Of a stretch of 35,866 nucleotides of DNA, positions 34,341 to 35,866 are shown piece after piece. Location: IMG/VR virus record IMGVR_UViG_3300043781_000015, positions 1-35,866 of that record. One strand, 5' to 3'. Position 1 is the stretch's first letter; each line of letters starts with the position of its first letter. The position numbers and the translations under genes are program-made. This stretch comes from a virus (Duplodnaviria; Caudoviricetes). The notes under the pieces were generated by a model. That model was given only the letters and a program-made list of their open reading frames with translations. It made no database searches and was not told where the DNA came from.

Positions 34341-35866
34341 ATTTAAGAAATTGGTTCTTGAATCGGTAATAATTTTTAGGCCTTCATAATATCGACCGTG
34401 ATTTGTACGCTTGTACTTAAATTTAGCTTTCATCTCACTGCCGAATTTCTGCTTATTGAATTGATGTTCACCAGATTCGTCAGTCCAACGCTTGTAAACG
34501 TCATATAGCTCACTTGCTGGTGCCATATAGCCCTCGCCTCTCTCACACTTTTCAGAAATGAAGAACTCGATGACGTCCATTTCCTGACGATACTCGCCAC
34601 TGGCTTTTCTGATCGATTCTGGCGGTTCGAGCCCTTCTCTCTGCCACATCATGGCTCCCTGCACGATCCAGTTAAGGATCCCGGATGCTTCACGCTGCAG
34701 TTTGTACTTGAGATCCTTGTCGACCTTGTTTTTAGGAATCTGGACCAGGAACGGAATCAGCATGATACGACGCCAGATACCGTCGTCAGTGCCACGAATG
34801 ATCGGCTTTGTGGTTGGTAGCCATCCACAGCTTGAACTGTGGGGTAAACTCAAACTCGCTCGCATACAGATGCCGAGCGACCATCTTGTCGCCACCAGTC
34901 ATCTGCTTGACCAATCCTTCGTCCAGTCGTGAGCCTTCGTTAGCTTCGCTTGAGATGACCAGCCGTGCACCTTCCAGACGTGCGATATCTGAGTTGACTC
35001 CGCTTGAACGTTTGACCATGATCGACTCAACGTTCATGGTCTCTGCGTAGGAGCCTAAGATGTCGGCAATCGTGTTGATGAACACCGACTTCCCATTGCG
35101 GCCGTTACCATAAAGCAGGAACATGACCTGCTCTTTGGTCGACCCGGTGGCTGAGTAGCCGACTGCCTTCTGAATGTAGTGGATGACCTCTTCATCGTTG
35201 TTAAAAATCTGGTGCAGGAATTTGTCCCACTCTGGTGCGTCAATCGTGTCAGTGTACTCGGCTGCAGTCTGACGGCTGAACATCTTACTGCGGTCGTGGT
35301 CCTTTAAGAGACCCTGAGTTAAGGTCGACGTAACCCGACTCTGTGTTTAGCAGCATCAGGTCGGTGTCAAACTCGCTGTGCAGGACCGGGACATGGTGCT
35401 TAACTTCGTCGAGCATGGATTTCTTGGACCGGTTGCTCCGGCACTTGGCCTTGAACTTGGCCCACTTTTCCATCGCGTCGTCTGCGTCCATGCCAGGCCA
35501 GATGTTGAGCTTTTCACTGTCCATGTTTTTAACTACGCTGTCCGCACACTTTTCAACCATGCCTGACTGGTCAATCTGCCAGTATGAGCCGTTGTATAGG
35601 TACCACATCTTGTCAATGTAGGAGTACTTAAAATTGTCGCCGTACATATCGATAAACCGCAGTGCGTTGCCCATATCGTCCCACGTACGTGGTGGTTTCG
35701 GCTTGTCGCGCTCTTTGTTAAGGAAACTCATGTCGTAGTTGGCATTGAGCGGTTGATGCGGGTTGAACACGTTGCTGGTCTCGTTGATCGCCTTGTTAAG
35801 CAGTGCAATCCCGTACGTGGTCTTGCCATGCTTCTCATCGTACTTTTTGCGGTACAGCGACGACTG
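34335..35866 (-). CDS. P4/D5-family primase-helicase (5' truncated; frameshifts near 35300 and 34808)
   Basis: D5-N-like WDDMGNALRF...WYLYNGSYW; SF3 Walker A GNGRNGKS; VKQMTGGD; ATNHKPIIRGTDDGIWRR after removing single extra A bases. Confidence 0.9.

Overview
About 36 kb of a temperate, cos/HK97-type siphophage of lactobacilli (the host is most likely Limosilactobacillus; this is inferred from gene families and the CRISPR repeat type). It was assembled in an excised or circular form, because an intact attP and the cos region both lie inside the window. From left to right: early genes, Rha and the Cro/CI switch; two lysogenic-conversion genes; a tyrosine integrase and attP; an accessory island (4.96-6.95 kb); the lysis, fibre, tail, head and packaging modules on the minus strand; tRNA-Asn; an orphan DNA methyltransferase; ArpU; small early genes; VRR-NUC; an iteron origin; and a truncated P4-type primase. 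The most notable part is the island between attP and the lysin. It carries a cas-less type I-E mini-CRISPR array with its own predicted promoter and terminator and two related, self-folding spacers. It also carries four small unknown genes with an acr/aca-like layout (two consensus promoters sharing one palindromic operator) and a predicted ~135-nt multi-hairpin sRNA. At least nine small indels break otherwise intact genes and are probably sequencing errors.
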